Shown here: in pieces, positions 23,723 to 37,644 of the stretch
Layout of the letters: the number at the start of each line of letters is the position of its first letter
Numbering within the stretch: position 1 is the stretch's first letter
Source of the DNA: Squalus acanthias
Taxonomy: Eukaryota
Assembly (NCBI GenBank): GCA_030390025.1
Contig: CM059438.1
Coordinates: 65,598,001-65,662,000, forward strand
Direction of reading: 5' to 3'
DNA length: 64,000 bases
The notes under the pieces: model-generated
The model's database searches: none
Seen by the model: only the letters and a program-made list of their open reading frames with translations
Told to the model about the DNA's origin: nothing
Made by a program: the position numbers and the translations under genes

Positions 23723-24293
23723 AGAAACATAGAAACATAGAAAAATAGGAGCAGGAGTAGGCCATTCGGCCCTTCGAGCCCACTCTGCCATTCAATATGA
23801 TCATGGCTGATCCTCTATCTCAATACCATATTCCCCCTCTCTCCCCATACCCCTTGAAGCCTTTTGTGTCTAGAAATCTATCTATCTCCTTCTTAAATAT
23901 ATTCAGTAACCCGGCCTCCACAGCTGTCTGTGGTAGAGAATTCCACAGGTTCACCACCCTCTGAGTGAAGAAATTTCGCCTCATCTCAGTCCTAAACGTC
24001 CTACCCCGTATCCTGAGACTGTGACCCCTCGTTCTAGACCCCCCAGCCAGGGAAAACATCCTCCCTGCATCCAGTCTGTCTAGCCCTGTCAGAATTTTAT
24101 ACGTTTCCACAAGATCCCCTCTCATTCTTCTAAACTCTGGTGAATACAGGACTAGTCGACCCAATCTCTCCTCATACGACAGTCCTGCCATCCCAGGAAC
24201 CAGTCTGGTGAACCTTCGCTGCACTCCCTCTATGGCAAGTATATCCTTTCTTAGGTAAGGAGACCAAATCTCACCAAGGCCCTGTATAACTGT
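23723..24293 (-). mobile_element. CR1 LINE 3' fragment
   Basis: WSPYLRKDI..QRRFTRL..FFTQRVVNLWNSLP; (AGAAACAT)n terminal repeat. Confidence 0.9.
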
Positions 24294-24400
24294 AGCCCTG
24301 TATATAGTACTTGTACTGCTTACCATTTATACAAGAGACACACTCTGCTGACCTGGGAGATGAACAGTGTCAGAGCTTACCTGTATTGAGTTGAAACTAA

Positions 24401-26154
24401 GGGCTGGATTTTGTGGGGAGGGCAACGGGCACGATCGGTGGCGGGTCAGGTGGGAAAGTATTTATTTCCCCCAGTGGGTCGGGACCCCACTGTTAACCCG
24501 CCGCCACGCGCCTTTACCAAATGTCAGATCTGCTGGCGCTGAGCAGACCTGACACACAGCGGCGGGGGAGGCAATTAAAATCATTAGTGGCTTGTTTGCA
24601 GCCACTTATCAATGTTTTTTCCCAGATTTTGGATTTCACAGGTCACCCACTGGTTTCACACTGTGCCTAGACCTCGTCTGTGAAGCTGAGGCAGGAGGTC
24701 AGTGGCCATTGAATCAGCTGATGAGTTGACAGCTTCAAATGTCAAGTCAAAGTTCCCAGCTGATTGAGATATGTTCCCTTGATGACTAGCTTCTCTAAAC
24801 TGCATTTCCACTACAGATTGAAGATGCTGCAAGTCTTTACACAAATCTCCATCCTGTCTGGGCTCATTACCTCTCCCACCATTGACAAATCGCTTCTGTC
24901 ATCTCTACTTCAACTGCCATCTATTCCATCAGCATGGGTGCCCTTGAAGCTCTCTCACCTTGGTCCTCAGAATCCCACCATGATCAACTCCAACACCAGC
25001 AGCACCAGGCACACCAGCAGCACCAACAACAACACCAATCTTCTCCGCAATCAACTGATGCTGCACAGGACACAGTGCATCAGCACCCAACCACATTGCT
25101 GCCTGCTAGGCCAGGGATGGCCTCACCATGGCCAGATTTACTTCACTTGACGCTGTACACCCTGGCTGCCGCATGATATGCCAGGTTGGCACCACCTCAC
25201 ACCAGCACCACAAAGCATCCCTACAATGCCCAAGCCATTCCTTTCACACTCATTGCGGGGGGTACCGTTATGTCTCACCATTCACTGCAACTCACTGAGC
25301 CACTTCCAAAGGTGCACACAAATCTGTCCAAGAACGCAAAGTGTTCAAAATAAAGGTTTCAATGTTTGACAGCACATTAACAGAAACTTTACATGAACAT
25401 TGCATAAAACACCCAAGTGCCTACCTTGTGTGTTGTTAGTTGGAATGATTGCACTAGGATGAGGGTGAGTGTGAGAGGTGGCTAGTGAGATGGGGATGTG
25501 ATAATGTAGATAGGTGGACATGCAAGGTAAGTTGGTGTGAGTAAGGATGTGCAGGAGTAGAGTAGGGAAGGCAGAGTGATGGGGATGTGATCAGAGGCAC
25601 AGCCGGATGAGGTTGAGTGTGACTTTGTACTAACAATTCGTGATCCACTGAGATCATTGAAACATTTGCGGCACTGCACCCAGGTCCTCCTGACCACATC
25701 CCTGCTTGTGTCCTCCTCTGCAATGTGCAACCAGGCTGTGTTAATCTCCTAGGTAGGTCTTTTCCGCCCATGGGAAGAGAAGAGAACCTCCCTGCGTGCT
25801 GTGACTCCCTCCATAAGCATATGGAGGGAGTCATGGAAGAGCCTGTGTGCAGCCCTGCACCTCTGTGCAGTGCTTGTCAGAGTTTGCAGCACCTCAATGC
25901 TGTAGAACACTGACAGCACAAATGTCAAAACATAGCTGGCCATGGTCCCTTGAAGGAAACCGGCTGATGACGCTTTATCAAATGACGTCACCAGACCCAC
26001 TTCCTCTAATTGGCCGGGAAACGCGCTGGGCGGGCTTAACAAGCCCAATCACGGGAAATTCATTTCAGAGGCTGGAATGGAGACAGCAGCGGAGTCGGGA
26101 CCAGCCACCGACGTCGCCCGCCATGGACCTGCCGAGGTTCGTCAAATCACGGCC
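24401..26154. mobile_element. Internally deleted Harbinger, copy H (transposase N/C fusion on +; Myb exon-1 remnant on -)
   Basis: Left TIR GGGCTGGATTTTG after TAA, degenerate right TIR; MGALEALSPWSS..QQ remnant at 24934; RRTWVQCRKCFNDL remnant at ~25650-25700. Confidence 0.8.
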
Positions 26155-27072
26155 TATGCTACTCCTCGCCCGTGCAGCGCTACACATGACTCAGAGAGAA
26201 AGAGAGAGCGAGAGAAAGCGAGAGAGAATGAAAGAAAGAAAGGGAGGAAGAAAGAAATTGCATTTATATAGCGCCTTTCACAACCTCAGGATGTTCCAAA
26301 GTACTATACAGGCAACAAAGTACTTTTGAGGTGCAGTCACTGTATATATTTCATTAAACTTTATCCTTGCTGAACAATTGCAGACAAGTTGAAACATCTT
26401 TGGTAATTATAGAGTGGAGCCCTCTTAAGATCAATATCTATATGTTAGGTAACAAGAGATCACTAGAGATTGATAGTAATTAGAAAAGTTCACACAGTAC
26501 TTGACACAATACTGATTTTCTCCCTCTGGATATACCTTTATAAATGATTTATGGGGCTTTCTAGCCTATTTTGTTTAGAAATTAAGCCTTGTTTTTGCAA
26601 CTACAGTTTATTGAGCTGCATCCATGAACAATGCAGCCTGAACGGGCATCATTTTAAAATTAGAGCTAGTTCATTTAGGAGTAAAATCAGGAAGCAGTTT
26701 TTCACACAAAGGGTAGTGGAAATCTGGAATTTTCTTTGCCAAAAGGCTGTGGATGCTGGGTCAACTGAAATCTTCAAGATTGAGAACGATAGATTTTTGT
26801 TAAGTAAGGGGATCAAGGCTATGGACCAAAGGCGAGTAAATGGAGTTCAGATACCGATCAGTCCTGATCTGTTTGAATGGCGGAGCAGGCTTGACAGGCT
26901 GTGCTCCTATCTCGGGGATACTAATCTTGCCACTGGGAATTGCGGTTATCTATTTAGCAGCTTTGGATATTGTAGAATCATTTTGTTTCTGCAGAACTGC
27001 ATGCACAAAAATGTCTTTGTGTATTCCGCACCAGAAGAAAAGGCTTCCCAATTAAGTTAAAAAGAGTTGCCA

Positions 27073-27231
27073 GTGAATTTAGAAAGGATTCATGATGATG
27101 TTGGAAAAGGTTCCGGACGAAGTTGGAAAGGGTTCCGGGTGAATTTGGAAAGGGTTCCGGGTGAATTTGGAAAGGGTTCCGGGTGAAGCAGGAAAGGGTT
27201 CCGGGCGAATTGGAAAAGGTTCCGGATGAAT
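27073..27231. repeat. ~22-bp minisatellite (GTGAATTTGGAAAGGGTTCCGG), about 7 copies
   Basis: Head-to-tail units without spacers. Confidence 0.9.
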
Positions 27232-27447
27232 CCAGTACATAGGAACATTTAGCTGAGTTTGTGATTGGTGTTCATTGTGGGAGTAATACTGCTGGACCAC
27301 ACCACATCCCTGCCCTAAAGCATGATGGCTTGATACCTTGCTTGGATCATTGGTGCTTAAGAGATTTCAACACATTCTCAGGTAGGTCATTTTAGATTCA
27401 CAGTTATCAGAATTTGAAATAACCTATTCCTTTAAAAAAAAAACATT

Positions 27448-28207
27448 GGGCCAGAAATTCGGCTCCCTGGCTTCCCGCGGGTGCAAGGATCGCGCACGCA
27501 CCTACTTACCGCGCCTGCCGTTGACCTCTGGGCCCACGGGGACTTCGGGTCCTGGGCCTCCTGCAGCTGCCGGCGCGCAGTGCTTGTGTATCCCAGGGGC
27601 GTAGTTAGTGCGATGCGTCCCTTGGGATCACGTGGGCCATGGAGAGCCAATGGCAGCAGACCATCTTTCATTCATAGATTTGACAGGAAGACCTGTCAAA
27701 TCTATGAATACAGATCGGCCCCAAAACATCCCTAAAACTACAATTAAAAAAAAAAAAAATCACATTTTTAAAATAACTATAAATTACATTTAATAACTAT
27801 TTTATTAAAAAAAATTAAATTTTTGAAAAAATTAATTAATTTTTTAACAAGGCTAAAACTAAACTTACCTTTCTTTAAAGTAATTAAAAAAGATAAATCT
27901 GTGAAAAAAATGTTTACATTTTAATAAAATCAACATTTACCTTGTTATAAGAAGGCCTTGCGCATCCTTTTTAAAAGTGTATCTTCTCCGTGCTTACCTT
28001 CACGGAGGAACCTGTAAAAAAATCCAAAGTGCGAGGCGAATGCGCTGGTCCGGCGTGCGTGTTCGACCTCTGAACCCCTTTCCTCAGGGGAACGGAAGTG
28101 CCGGTTTCCCGCGCATGCGCAGTGCATGCAAGAAACCGGCACTTTCGTTCCGTCCATGGGTGAGTACACAGTGCGTACTCACCCGACAACAGACGAATTT
28201 CTGCCCC
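27448..28207 (-). mobile_element. MITE C (family B/C/D, inverted)
   Basis: TIRs GGGCCAGAAATTC / GAATTTCTGCCCC; reverse complement of 16629-17381; flanks ATT/ATG. Confidence 0.85.
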
Positions 28208-31200
28208 ATGGTACATTGAAATTTATTCTCATGGTGACTTCACTTCAAAATTAATTAATTAGCTGCAAATCACTTTGGGACTTCCTGAGTTTGCAAAAGG
28301 CGCTATATAAATGCAATTTCTTTTTTTCTATCTTTCTTTCTTTCTATTTTACTGCAATGCTAAAATTTAGAATTCTTTGTCACCAGATCGTCAATAGCTA
28401 GGAGTGAGGGGAGAAGGAGGTATATTTTCTCACATATTTCCATATATTCCTTTGTCTGTTAACTCTGTTTTTGGAAGTGGTCCTTCATCAGTCCTTCTAT
28501 TTTTATAGTATTTACATGCTAGATGCAGATACAGTCTCTGATGTTCTCTTGGTGGGTATATGCCCAACTCCTTGTGGCTGATTGGTATCTGATCTCTGGT
28601 TGTCTAGTGATGGATATATAGAAGACAAGTGTGAGAAATTAGGGTAGCTAAAGCTGTTGAGACCTCTGCTTCTGAGGCACTGCTTATGTCTGCAGCCAAA
28701 TAAGGTGACCTCACATCATAATGCGAGGTCAGCCTATTTAAATATTTTTGTGCACTCCCAACATTCCATACTGGGAACACCACAGGGGTCAAAGGCCAGC
28801 ATATCAGCCATCAGCAGCCAGTAAAGGGCTGCTGGCTGCCTGTGAAACACTGCCATTTTTAAACCATCGTGGTGATCTAATTTTCCTTTCAGAAATTGGC
28901 CACTGGATGACAAAGGAGGATATAATCGCTCAGTGATGCTACCAGAAGAGGGTCCCCCAGGGGAACGGCCTTCTCTTCAGCAGCCGTTGCTAATGGGAAC
29001 TGACTATCCGGAGCAGTGTTCAAGCGCTCCATTCAGATTAGGGGGAGTGCTCCTAATTTAAATGAAACATTTGGGCTTACTGAACCTTGCGCACATGTGG
29101 TGGGCAGGCCCCACACGGGCTTGGCACCTCCTGCCTGCATTCAAGTACACTGAGAGTATTGGGTGTGGAGTAGACCTCAGACCTCTGCGCCCAATAATAC
29201 AGGGCCAGAGAGCACCCGACATGACACATTGGTCCCATTGAGCTTAATTAGATTTTAACCTCAAGGATTGTAAAATGCACCTATTTGTGAGCCAAAATAA
29301 AAACGCACTCGGCACTCAGTTGCCAGTGATCAGACACCACTTACCTTCCCCCAACTTTCTTATTGTGGCTCAAGTTATAGATGCCAGAAGTGTGGCAGCA
29401 TCTACCATGAGAGCCTGGGCCTATGACAAATTAATGGAGAACCGTGTGCAAAGAACAATAAATTGGTCTCTGATCCCTTGTTGTATTGAGGGAGAGGGCA
29501 CAGAGTCGGAGGGCAATTTTTCAAGTTTGAGCTGTTGGCGGGGAGCTTCATCTGCTGGCCCCGGATAACTACAGATCGCCGACGTGGCATGATGCCAACA
29601 GGAATCTATCCTTTAAAATTAAAGTTTCCCGATTCACAAGGCATTGAGTAAAGAGCACAAACTCTGAAAGTCAGCACTTACGGGCTTACATTCCTTGCGC
29701 CAATCAGGAGAAGTTTGCGGACTAAGCTCGATTTGTGGACTTAGTTTGGAGATTCAGGAGAATTATTTTGGAAAAGGTAACCTCATGTACGTATCTGAAG
29801 TCTCAAGCTGCCTGAAGGTCCCCTATTTACCAAGCACTGTGTGCTACATGGAAAAGGTTCTATTCTCCAGCATGGTTATTGCGACTGGTTACAGCATTGT
29901 ACAGTGCTTTGAGACTGAGGGCAGATTGTAGATTTATATGCAAGATCCTTCTGTGATTTACTAAGGTCCCAAAACAATTTATATAGCATAATATTTTAAT
30001 AACCTTTCGGTTTATTTGTCACATAGGTTTGCTCAAAATGTACTGCATTCTAACATATAATGCACATTAAAGATGAAAAGGACCACTTTGTCCTTGAAAT
30101 GATGCAGCGGGTTTGGCTTGAATTCAAAACAATGAGAACTCAAATGTGAAAATAGAAAAGATAACCATCTTGGGACAGATGCAGCTTTCCTGTTCGCATA
30201 TACATTTTTTGTTTGCTAATGTGATTCGGCAGGGATATTTAAAAGTAATTTGCATGATACCATTAGCAATGATTATTAAGAAAACATATTTAGATTGGCT
30301 TTTATCTTCAAGCTGTTTGTGCAATTATCTCCCAGTACTTTAAAAAAAGATATATTTTTTTTAAGATTTTAAGGATGATTTTGTGGTCCAAGCTAATTGT
30401 TCAAGCACAATCGTCCCTTTTGAAATCTGTGCTGGCTGCATCTACCTATTTTCTTTTTTATCTAGATATGTGGAAATTTCCTCCCCAATAAAAGACTAAA
30501 ATGTTCCCTGCTGCAGATGTTGAGTTAACTGGGCTATAATTACCTGGATTAGCTCTGTCTCATTTTTTTAAATGTGTATTGCATTGGCCAGTGCCTAGCC
30601 CTCCATCTACACTCAGCCCTGAAATATAATTTCTAGAGCCGTGGCAATTTCCTTCCTCAAAATCTGAGGATTTATCCCATACCTCAATAGGAAACACAAT
30701 CAAGATGCAACTCTAACAAAAGCCTTACCGCAGACACATCTTTCAAGGGCATCGCATTTCCAAATCATTGAACACAACCTATCTAAATGATGCACGGTCT
30801 TATACTCACAATCAGGTTGGACACATTCCCATCACTGTGCGTGTGCTCCTTAGACTTTCAGTATTTCAATGCTACTTTTCAGCTTCGATAAAATGGCACA
30901 TGAGTGGCTCAGTCTCAATCTGAAGAAAGACTTCAGTGCTGAAATTTAGGTGGCAAAGACCCATTTCCTCAGATTTATCCAAGCAGCTCGAGTGGGATCT
31001 GTATGCTCACATACTTGGGTGTCAGTGGGTCTATGTTTACCACCTCATGTGTAGGTGGACATCCCTTTGATCATTCCACTGCAGCACCATCTCTGCCTTA
31101 AGGTCCCTTGGGGCAAGGGCCACGTTCACCACTTGTTTTCCCCCAGGTAGATCAGGGGGTGAAGTTTCCTGTTTGCAGGTCTTCTCACAGATATGATAAC

Positions 31201-31306
31201 TCAACTAAGGAGCTGAATGTTTATAATGGAAGAGCTTGTGATATCCTTATACAGTGGCTGATGATGGGCACCATCAAGGTAGATCTTCAAGATAACAGAC
31301 CATTTG

Positions 31307-31466
31307 TTATCTAATGTTGTCTAACAATCCAATTCTGACAGTTTCTGTCCGCAGTGATTCAATCATCATTTGCCTTTCAAACGGAGAGTTTGCCAGCCTG
31401 TGGAGGATAATATCATCAACAGAGCGAGAATTTTCACTTTTGAACGCATCTATCCAAGTTAGATCG
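31307..31466 (-). CDS. Terminal coding exon of an unidentified host gene (DLTWIDAFKSENSRSVDDIILHRLANSPFERQMMIESLRTETVRIGLLDNIR*)
   Basis: Acceptor TTTCTCATCTTCTCAG; phase 2 matches the upstream exon; 52 open codons then TAA; unique sequence. Confidence 0.7.
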
Positions 31467-32477
31467 CTGAGAAGATGAGAAACTGTTGGACTTAGTACAC
31501 TTTCCTGAGAAGACCACTGCGGGTTTTTTATAAACTAAACGGACACTTATTACAACTTGATGTTTTTGTACTTTGAAGAAGCCATTGTCCTGTTCAGCAT
31601 CCCACCAAAAATGTCACACAGATGCTAGCATCCCAGGGAAGCTGGGCTGCAATGATGAACTGTGTTATAGTTCGTATCAAGTGGCTTGGCTTTAACGTCA
31701 CCCAGAGCAGGATAATTACATCTGTTTTTACTAAGAATAACAGTCATGGTACCATAATGGCACTAAATATAAAAGAACTACCCGAGGTAAGTTTAGCAAG
31801 TACAAGTCTCAACCTCATTATTAAAACATGCCCATTCTAGAATTCCTTCGGGAACTCCCATGGACCTATGCCCTGTCCCTTGCCAATGTTGTTTTTTAAG
31901 AATTGTGGCCTTTTATTCCTGCAACTTGAGCCTGGATTCAGCACAGGCATCTGTGCTAAAGGCTTTCTCTGTGTAATTGGTTGATGAGCAACTTAAGTGA
32001 AATGCATTTGGGCAGCTTTCATCCATCTCCCAGTAAACAGCAGCCTACAGCAGAAAGCTGTTATCATAATTGGCTCTAATTGGCACAAAATAACATCAGA
32101 AGAATAAAATGAATGTGATTTTAAAGGTTATACATGTTAGCTCAGAGCAATTTAACATTTTGAAGATGGTAACAGCGATTTTATTCATTGTTTATATAAA
32201 ACACAAGAGGAATATTTTTTAAAAAAACACGGAATTAAGCTACGCTGGCCGCTTGTAAAGTTTTTGTGGAACTGCAAGCGTTTGATTTTGCAGAAATTGT
32301 TTTGGAAAGCATAAAAAAAATCAGAGAAAAGCCTTGTGATCAGGAGCCTTATTATTTTGCACCGTAAGGACGAGAGTTTGGATTTAGTTGGACTTCCGTT
32401 TTGGATCTGGATTCGCTGAAATTGAGATCATTTCCTGCCTCCGCAAAAATAAACAAAGTTGGAAAGGCCACCCTTAC

Positions 32478-32553
32478 TTGAGGGTGACAGTTCCACTGGA
32501 CCAAGAGAATGTAGGCAAATATCTGGTTACGCCTGGAAGTTCAGGGGCATAGC
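32478..32553 (-). CDS. Internal exon of the same host gene (GYAPELPGVTRYLPTFSWSSGTVTLN)
   Basis: Acceptor TTTTCATCGGTCTTACAG, donor GTAAGG; 76 nt, phase 1 to 2, compatible with both neighbouring exons. Confidence 0.7.
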
Positions 32554-33049
32554 CTGTAAGACCGATGAAAAGATCAGGTGCGTCTACTCTGCTACAGCGT
32601 GAACAATTGAGCACATATACTTTGCTTTACCCAAAGCGAGATGGGATCCATACCACGCTATTTTTTTGTCAATTGAGTTACAGCACTTATCTGACGATCT
32701 CAGTCACAAAAGGTCAGGTGTGCACACCCACAGTGAAAGATTTAGGCAGGGAACTGTTTTGGGATGATAACTACCAGTCTGGCACTGTTCATGAGAATCA
32801 AGGAATAATAGTGGGTCAGGCATGCACAGAACAGATATAATTAAAATGGTGGAAAGAATGATGGGACGTTTTCTTCTTTTAAAAAGGACAAGGCATGCTA
32901 ATCATCTAAATTTGGTCCAAATTTGAATTCTGGTTTGTTTGAAACTCGTCCTTTTACTGCCTCGCTGTTCTGTGTAACAGTGAGTGTCTTGTTATGCAAG
33001 CAAAATATATTGCATTAATTTATGCACTCTGCAGGAAGAAAGTCAAAGC

Positions 33050-33432
33050 CCCATTCCAGGACTTGAGGACACAATCTAGGCTGACACATCAATGCAGTAC
33101 TGAGGGAGTGCTGGACTGTCGGAGGTGCTGTCTTTTGGGTCAGACCGAGGCCCCAACCGCCCCCTCAGGTGGATGTTACAGATCCCATGGCACGAAACAA
33201 AGGAGAGCAGGAAAGTGCTCCTCGGTGACCTGACTGAAATTTATCCCCCAACCAACATCATTAAAACAGATTATCTGGTCATTTATGCCATTGCTGTTTA
33301 TAAGACTATGCTGTGCACAAATTGGCTGGTGTGTTTTTGTACATTATAACAGTGACTACACTTCAAAAGTACTTCATTGGCTATGAAGCTTAGGAAGTCC
33401 TAAGGTCGTGAAATGCAAGTTAATTTTTTTCT
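33050..33432 (+). mobile_element. SINE (DeuSINE/SacSINE1-like), 5'-truncated
   Basis: Homology to ~400-800. Confidence 0.75.
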
Positions 33433-33743
33433 TTATTGCCACAACATTAATGTTCATATGAACTTTCAGAAGATATGAAAAGAATCTTGGGGTAAATGCG
33501 AGGTTGTTATTACATTGTTTTTGTGTGTGATGAATTCACCATCGAGGCAACTCTCTGCCTTGCTTTGGGAAGAGTAGACTAAAAAGCAAGTAGACATACC
33601 AATTTGCAGTCGTTAGGTGTCGATAGCGTACCTTGCAAATAGTTGTTTTGGAGTGCTCCTAAAGTATAGCTGAGACACCTTGTGGTAATAGAGTACTGCA
33701 CAGTTTTTCTTTCATCAAGTTAATGTTGATAGCCAAACATCTA

Positions 33744-36616
33744 GGCCGGAATTTTCCCTACCGCGTGGGGTCGGGTGAGTGCGGGCCATGTAGCGGGTCA
33801 GTACCGCGATGTATTGATCAGCCCGCTCTTCAAAGCAACTTTAGCGTAATGGCCCCTGTTAAGGCAGACAGGCGCGTTTCCCAGCTTTATTAAACGGCGC
33901 GGGTCTGATGCCGTCATCGATGACTCATTTCCAGCGGGGATATTTAAAGCAGCCTTGGCCACATCCCATTTGAAGGTTCATGTAGGAGTGAGCAGGGAGG
34001 ATTGGAGAGCAGTGTCTTGCTGCGGAGAAATAGAAAAATAACTTCACAATGACAGAGGGCTGCACCCCGCTTTTCTGATGAATCACGACATATTCTTGTG
34101 GAGGGAGCCAGAGCACGCAGGGAGGTCCTCTTCCCTACATATGGACGGAAGAGCTCTGCTCAGCTGCATGCAGTCGTTGAGACTTGGGGGCCATCGAGAA
34201 AGAGGGTGATCCTGAAGGGGCAGCAAGAAATGCAGGAGGCTCTGCCAGGTTTTGCAAATGTGCGGAGAATGGAGGAGTCCAGCTCCAACATGAGCACCCC
34301 CATATCGCAGGCGACGATATAATCTTCCATGGAAAGGATGGCCACCTGCATGGAGCAGCTAATGCACCGCTCACGTGAGCACCTGCTAGCTATGGAGAAC
34401 AGATGGATTCTAGGAAGGATGTCAACATAGACTTGGGTCCTCAGGGTCCCACTGCTGTGCAGCAAAGTGATCTACAGCTCCTTGCTAGCAGGGAATTGCG
34501 GATGGCTCATGAGAGGGATGATGGTGAGAGGGGACATGGAAGTGGGGGCTCCTCTCAAAGCGCTCCCACTTTCCACACCCCCCTCAGTCAGAGCCCCAGA
34601 TGCTTCCTCTGATTGCGATGGCCGAGTCCGCCTCCGCACAGTCGCAGGAGAAGCATACTTTGGTGGGGCCCTCAAATGCTCCAAAACCCAGTGGACGGCC
34701 GCCAAAAGTGTCTATGCATTCGCAGCAGGGAAGTGAGCAGCCTGCATGAAGCCACAGGGGATGCACCTCGTAGAAGCACGCGTAAAAGAAAAATGACACA
34801 GAAGTAGATGCACCAGGGTAAGCACATGGGTTTTTGCAGGAAGTTAAGTAAATCTGGCCATGTTGAGGCCATCCCTGGCCTCCCGGGCTGCAATGTGCTC
34901 CAGTGCTGGTGCCATCTGGACCTCAGGTTCCTCCTGCTCCTCCTCCTCCTCGTCTTCCACCTGCTCCTCCTCCTCCTCGTCTTCCACCTGCTCCTCCTCC
35001 TCCTCTGAAGAGGCTGTGTGCTGTGCGCCTTGCTCCTCATGTGGCGCTAATCCTCATTGCAGCGCGATGTTGTGCAGGGCGTAGCAGATGATGACAATTC
35101 TGGAGACCCTGGCTGATGCGTACTGAAGGGCTCCTCCAGATCTGTCAAGGCATCTGAAGTGCATTTTCAGCATGCCTATTGTGTGCCCTATGCCACATCT
35201 GGTGGACATGTGGCTTTCATTATGACGCTCCTCAGCCTCATTGCTTGGTGTCCTCAAGGGTGTCATGAGCCACATCTTCAGTGGCTAGCACTTGGCTCCA
35301 AGCAGCCAGCTGGTAAGTGTGTTTGGCGGTGCGAAGAGCTGAGGGAAGATGGACTGGCGCAGGATGAAAGAGTCATGGCAGCTGCCAGGGAATTTGGCAC
35401 ACACATGCATGATGATCTTGCTATGGTTGCAGACCAGCTGCACATTGAGGGAGTGGAAGCCCTTGCGGTTCACAAACATTCCTGGGTGATGTGGGGAGCC
35501 CTGATTGCCACATGAGTGTAGTCGATGATGTCCTGCACCCGTGAGAAGCCAGCCAGAGCGGCAAAGCCAAGCGCATGCTCATTAACACTGGCTTCATCAG
35601 TGGTAAAGCTCACATAATTGGCTGACTTGTTAAACATGGCATCGGTGACCTGTGTGATGCATCTGTGGGTGGCCGACTGTGAGATGCCGCAAATGTCTGC
35701 TGCAGATCCCTGGAAGGAGCCTGAGACGAAGAAGTTGAGGGTGGTGGTGACTTTGACAGTCACTGGTAAGGTGTGTCCACCAGGTCCTCTGGGCTGCAGG
35801 TCTTGCTCCAGCAAGCTGCAAATGTCTGTGACGACCTGACACAAGAGCCTGGGCCTCCTTTGGCACTGCTGCTCAGTCATGTTGAGGAAGCTCATCCTCT
35901 GCCTGTATATCCTGTGTTGGGGGTATCGCCTCTGGCATGGTGCAGCCCTGCATTGATGCCCTCTGTCCTGTGGAGCATCAGGTGGTTGAGGAGAAGGTTG
36001 GTGGTGTTTTTGCTGCTGCTGCTGGTGGTGGGGCTCATCTTGGTCTGGTTGTGAGGACCAAGGTAACACAATATAAACAGCACCCATGCTGATGTAATAG
36101 ATGGCAGGTCAAGGAAAGATCAGAGGAGAAATCTGTCAATGTTGTGATACCAATGTGGTGAGAGTGACTTCCGAAGTTTCAGAAAAGACTTGCAAACTCT
36201 AGACACCTAAATCTGTGCTCAAAATACACTCAGCAAGAGCCTTTATCTTAGGCGAGTAAGCAGGTGTCATGTAGGAGTATTTATTGAGCTTTCCATGCTC
36301 CGCAGTAATGACCTCAATCAATGGTCACTGAGCTTCTGCTTCAGCTTGACAGACGTGGTTCCAGAGCTGCGTGATTCCCGTGGTCATCCAGGTCTGGTTA
36401 AAATCCCTGTTAAGGGTCTCACAACAAGGATTTAATGAGCTTAATTAGGTCGCCTGCCTCTGCCGTTTGGGTCTGTGGCGCGCTGGCAAACGCGCCCGAG
36501 CTAAAGGCGCGAGGAGGCGGGATGACGGCGCGTTCCCGACGCGCTCGCATTTTCTGCAACTGTTACTGCCGACCCCCCTCCGAACCCGCACGCACGGCAG
36601 CAGGAAAATTCTGGCC
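33744..36616. mobile_element. Harbinger copy F (Myb gene internally deleted; transposase decayed)
   Basis: TIRs GGCCGGAATTTTCC / GGAAAATTCTGGCC, TSD CTA (33741-33743, 36617-36619); Myb exon 1 fused to exon 3 near 34150. Confidence 0.9.
34844..36087 (-). pseudogene. Harbinger transposase (frameshifted)
   Basis: [60 protein letters not shown]. Confidence 0.9.
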
Positions 36617-36637
36617 CTAGTCTTTCATCGCAATATT

Positions 36638-37401
36638 GGGCCAAAAATTCGGCACTTGCCGGGTGAGTACGCGCTGTGTACTCACTCGTAAGGCCTCCTG
36701 AAGTGCCGGTTTCCTGCATGCACTGCGCATGCGTGGGAAACCGGAACTTCCGGTCGCGTGAAGGGAGGGGTTCAGAGGTGAACCGAGCGCGCGGTAGAGG
36801 CTGCGCGCACACAGCGAACGTAGGTTTTTTTTCAGATTTCTCCGGGAAGGTAAGTATGAAGAAGCTGCACTTTTAAAAAGGAGGCGCAAGACCCGTTATT
36901 AACAAGGTAAGTGGTTAATTAATTACAATTTAAAAAATTTTCAACAGGTTTATCTTTTTTAGATACTTTAAAGAAAGGTAAGTTTATTTTTAGCACTGTT
37001 AAAAAGTATTTTAATTTTTTCAAAAATTTTAATTTTTGTTTAAAGTAGTTAATTTATTTAACTTATAGTTATTTTAAAAATGTGATGTGTTTTTAAAAAA
37101 TGTATTTGAAGTTTAGGTGTTCTTTTGGGGCCGATTTCAATTCATAGATTTGACAGGTCTTCCTGTCAAATCTATGAATGAAAGATAGTCTGCTGCCATT
37201 GGCTCTCCATGGCCCACGTGATAACAGGGGACGCATCGCACTAACTACGCCCCTGGGATACACAAGCACTGCGCGCCGGCAGCTGCAGGAGGCCCAGGAG
37301 CTGAAGTCCCCGTGGGCCCAGAGGTCAACGGCAGGCGCGGTAGGTAGGTGCGCGCGGGATCCTTGCACCCGCGGGAAGCCAGGGAGCCGAATTTCTGGGC
37401 C
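36638..37401 (+). mobile_element. MITE D (family B/C/D)
   Basis: TIRs GGGCCAAAAATTC / GAATTTCTGGGCC with TSD ATT (36635-36637, 37402-37404). Confidence 0.88.
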
Positions 37402-37644
37402 ATTAGCAATTTTTTTCTGTTAGTTCTTCAGTTAATACACAAAATAAACGATGACTTGGATTATGTTTTCAATTTGGTACAGTTTGATGCTAGCCCACAT
37501 CTCGTAATAGGTTAAACACATTTGCTGTTTATGCATAGTTCATTATTGTGAAGGAGACTTAACTGCAGGCACTGCAACAGCTGACCTGTACATAAGCAGC
37601 CTGCTGTACTATCTCCAACTGTGAGGTCATGAAAATGTACTGAC

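Noticed and set aside
27073..27231. 22-bp repeats as a CRISPR-like array
   Set aside because: Units are head-to-tail with no unique spacers, there are no cas genes and the context is eukaryotic; an ordinary minisatellite
28650..29270. Additional GC-rich MITE-like remnants (also ~56530-56770 and ~63415-63597)
   Set aside because: Probably decayed DNA-transposon pieces, but I could not establish TIR pairs or TSDs
34925..35010. Ser/Pro/Leu-rich repeat ORFs on the plus strand
   Set aside because: Antisense reading of the transposase's duplicated acidic (GAG)n tail
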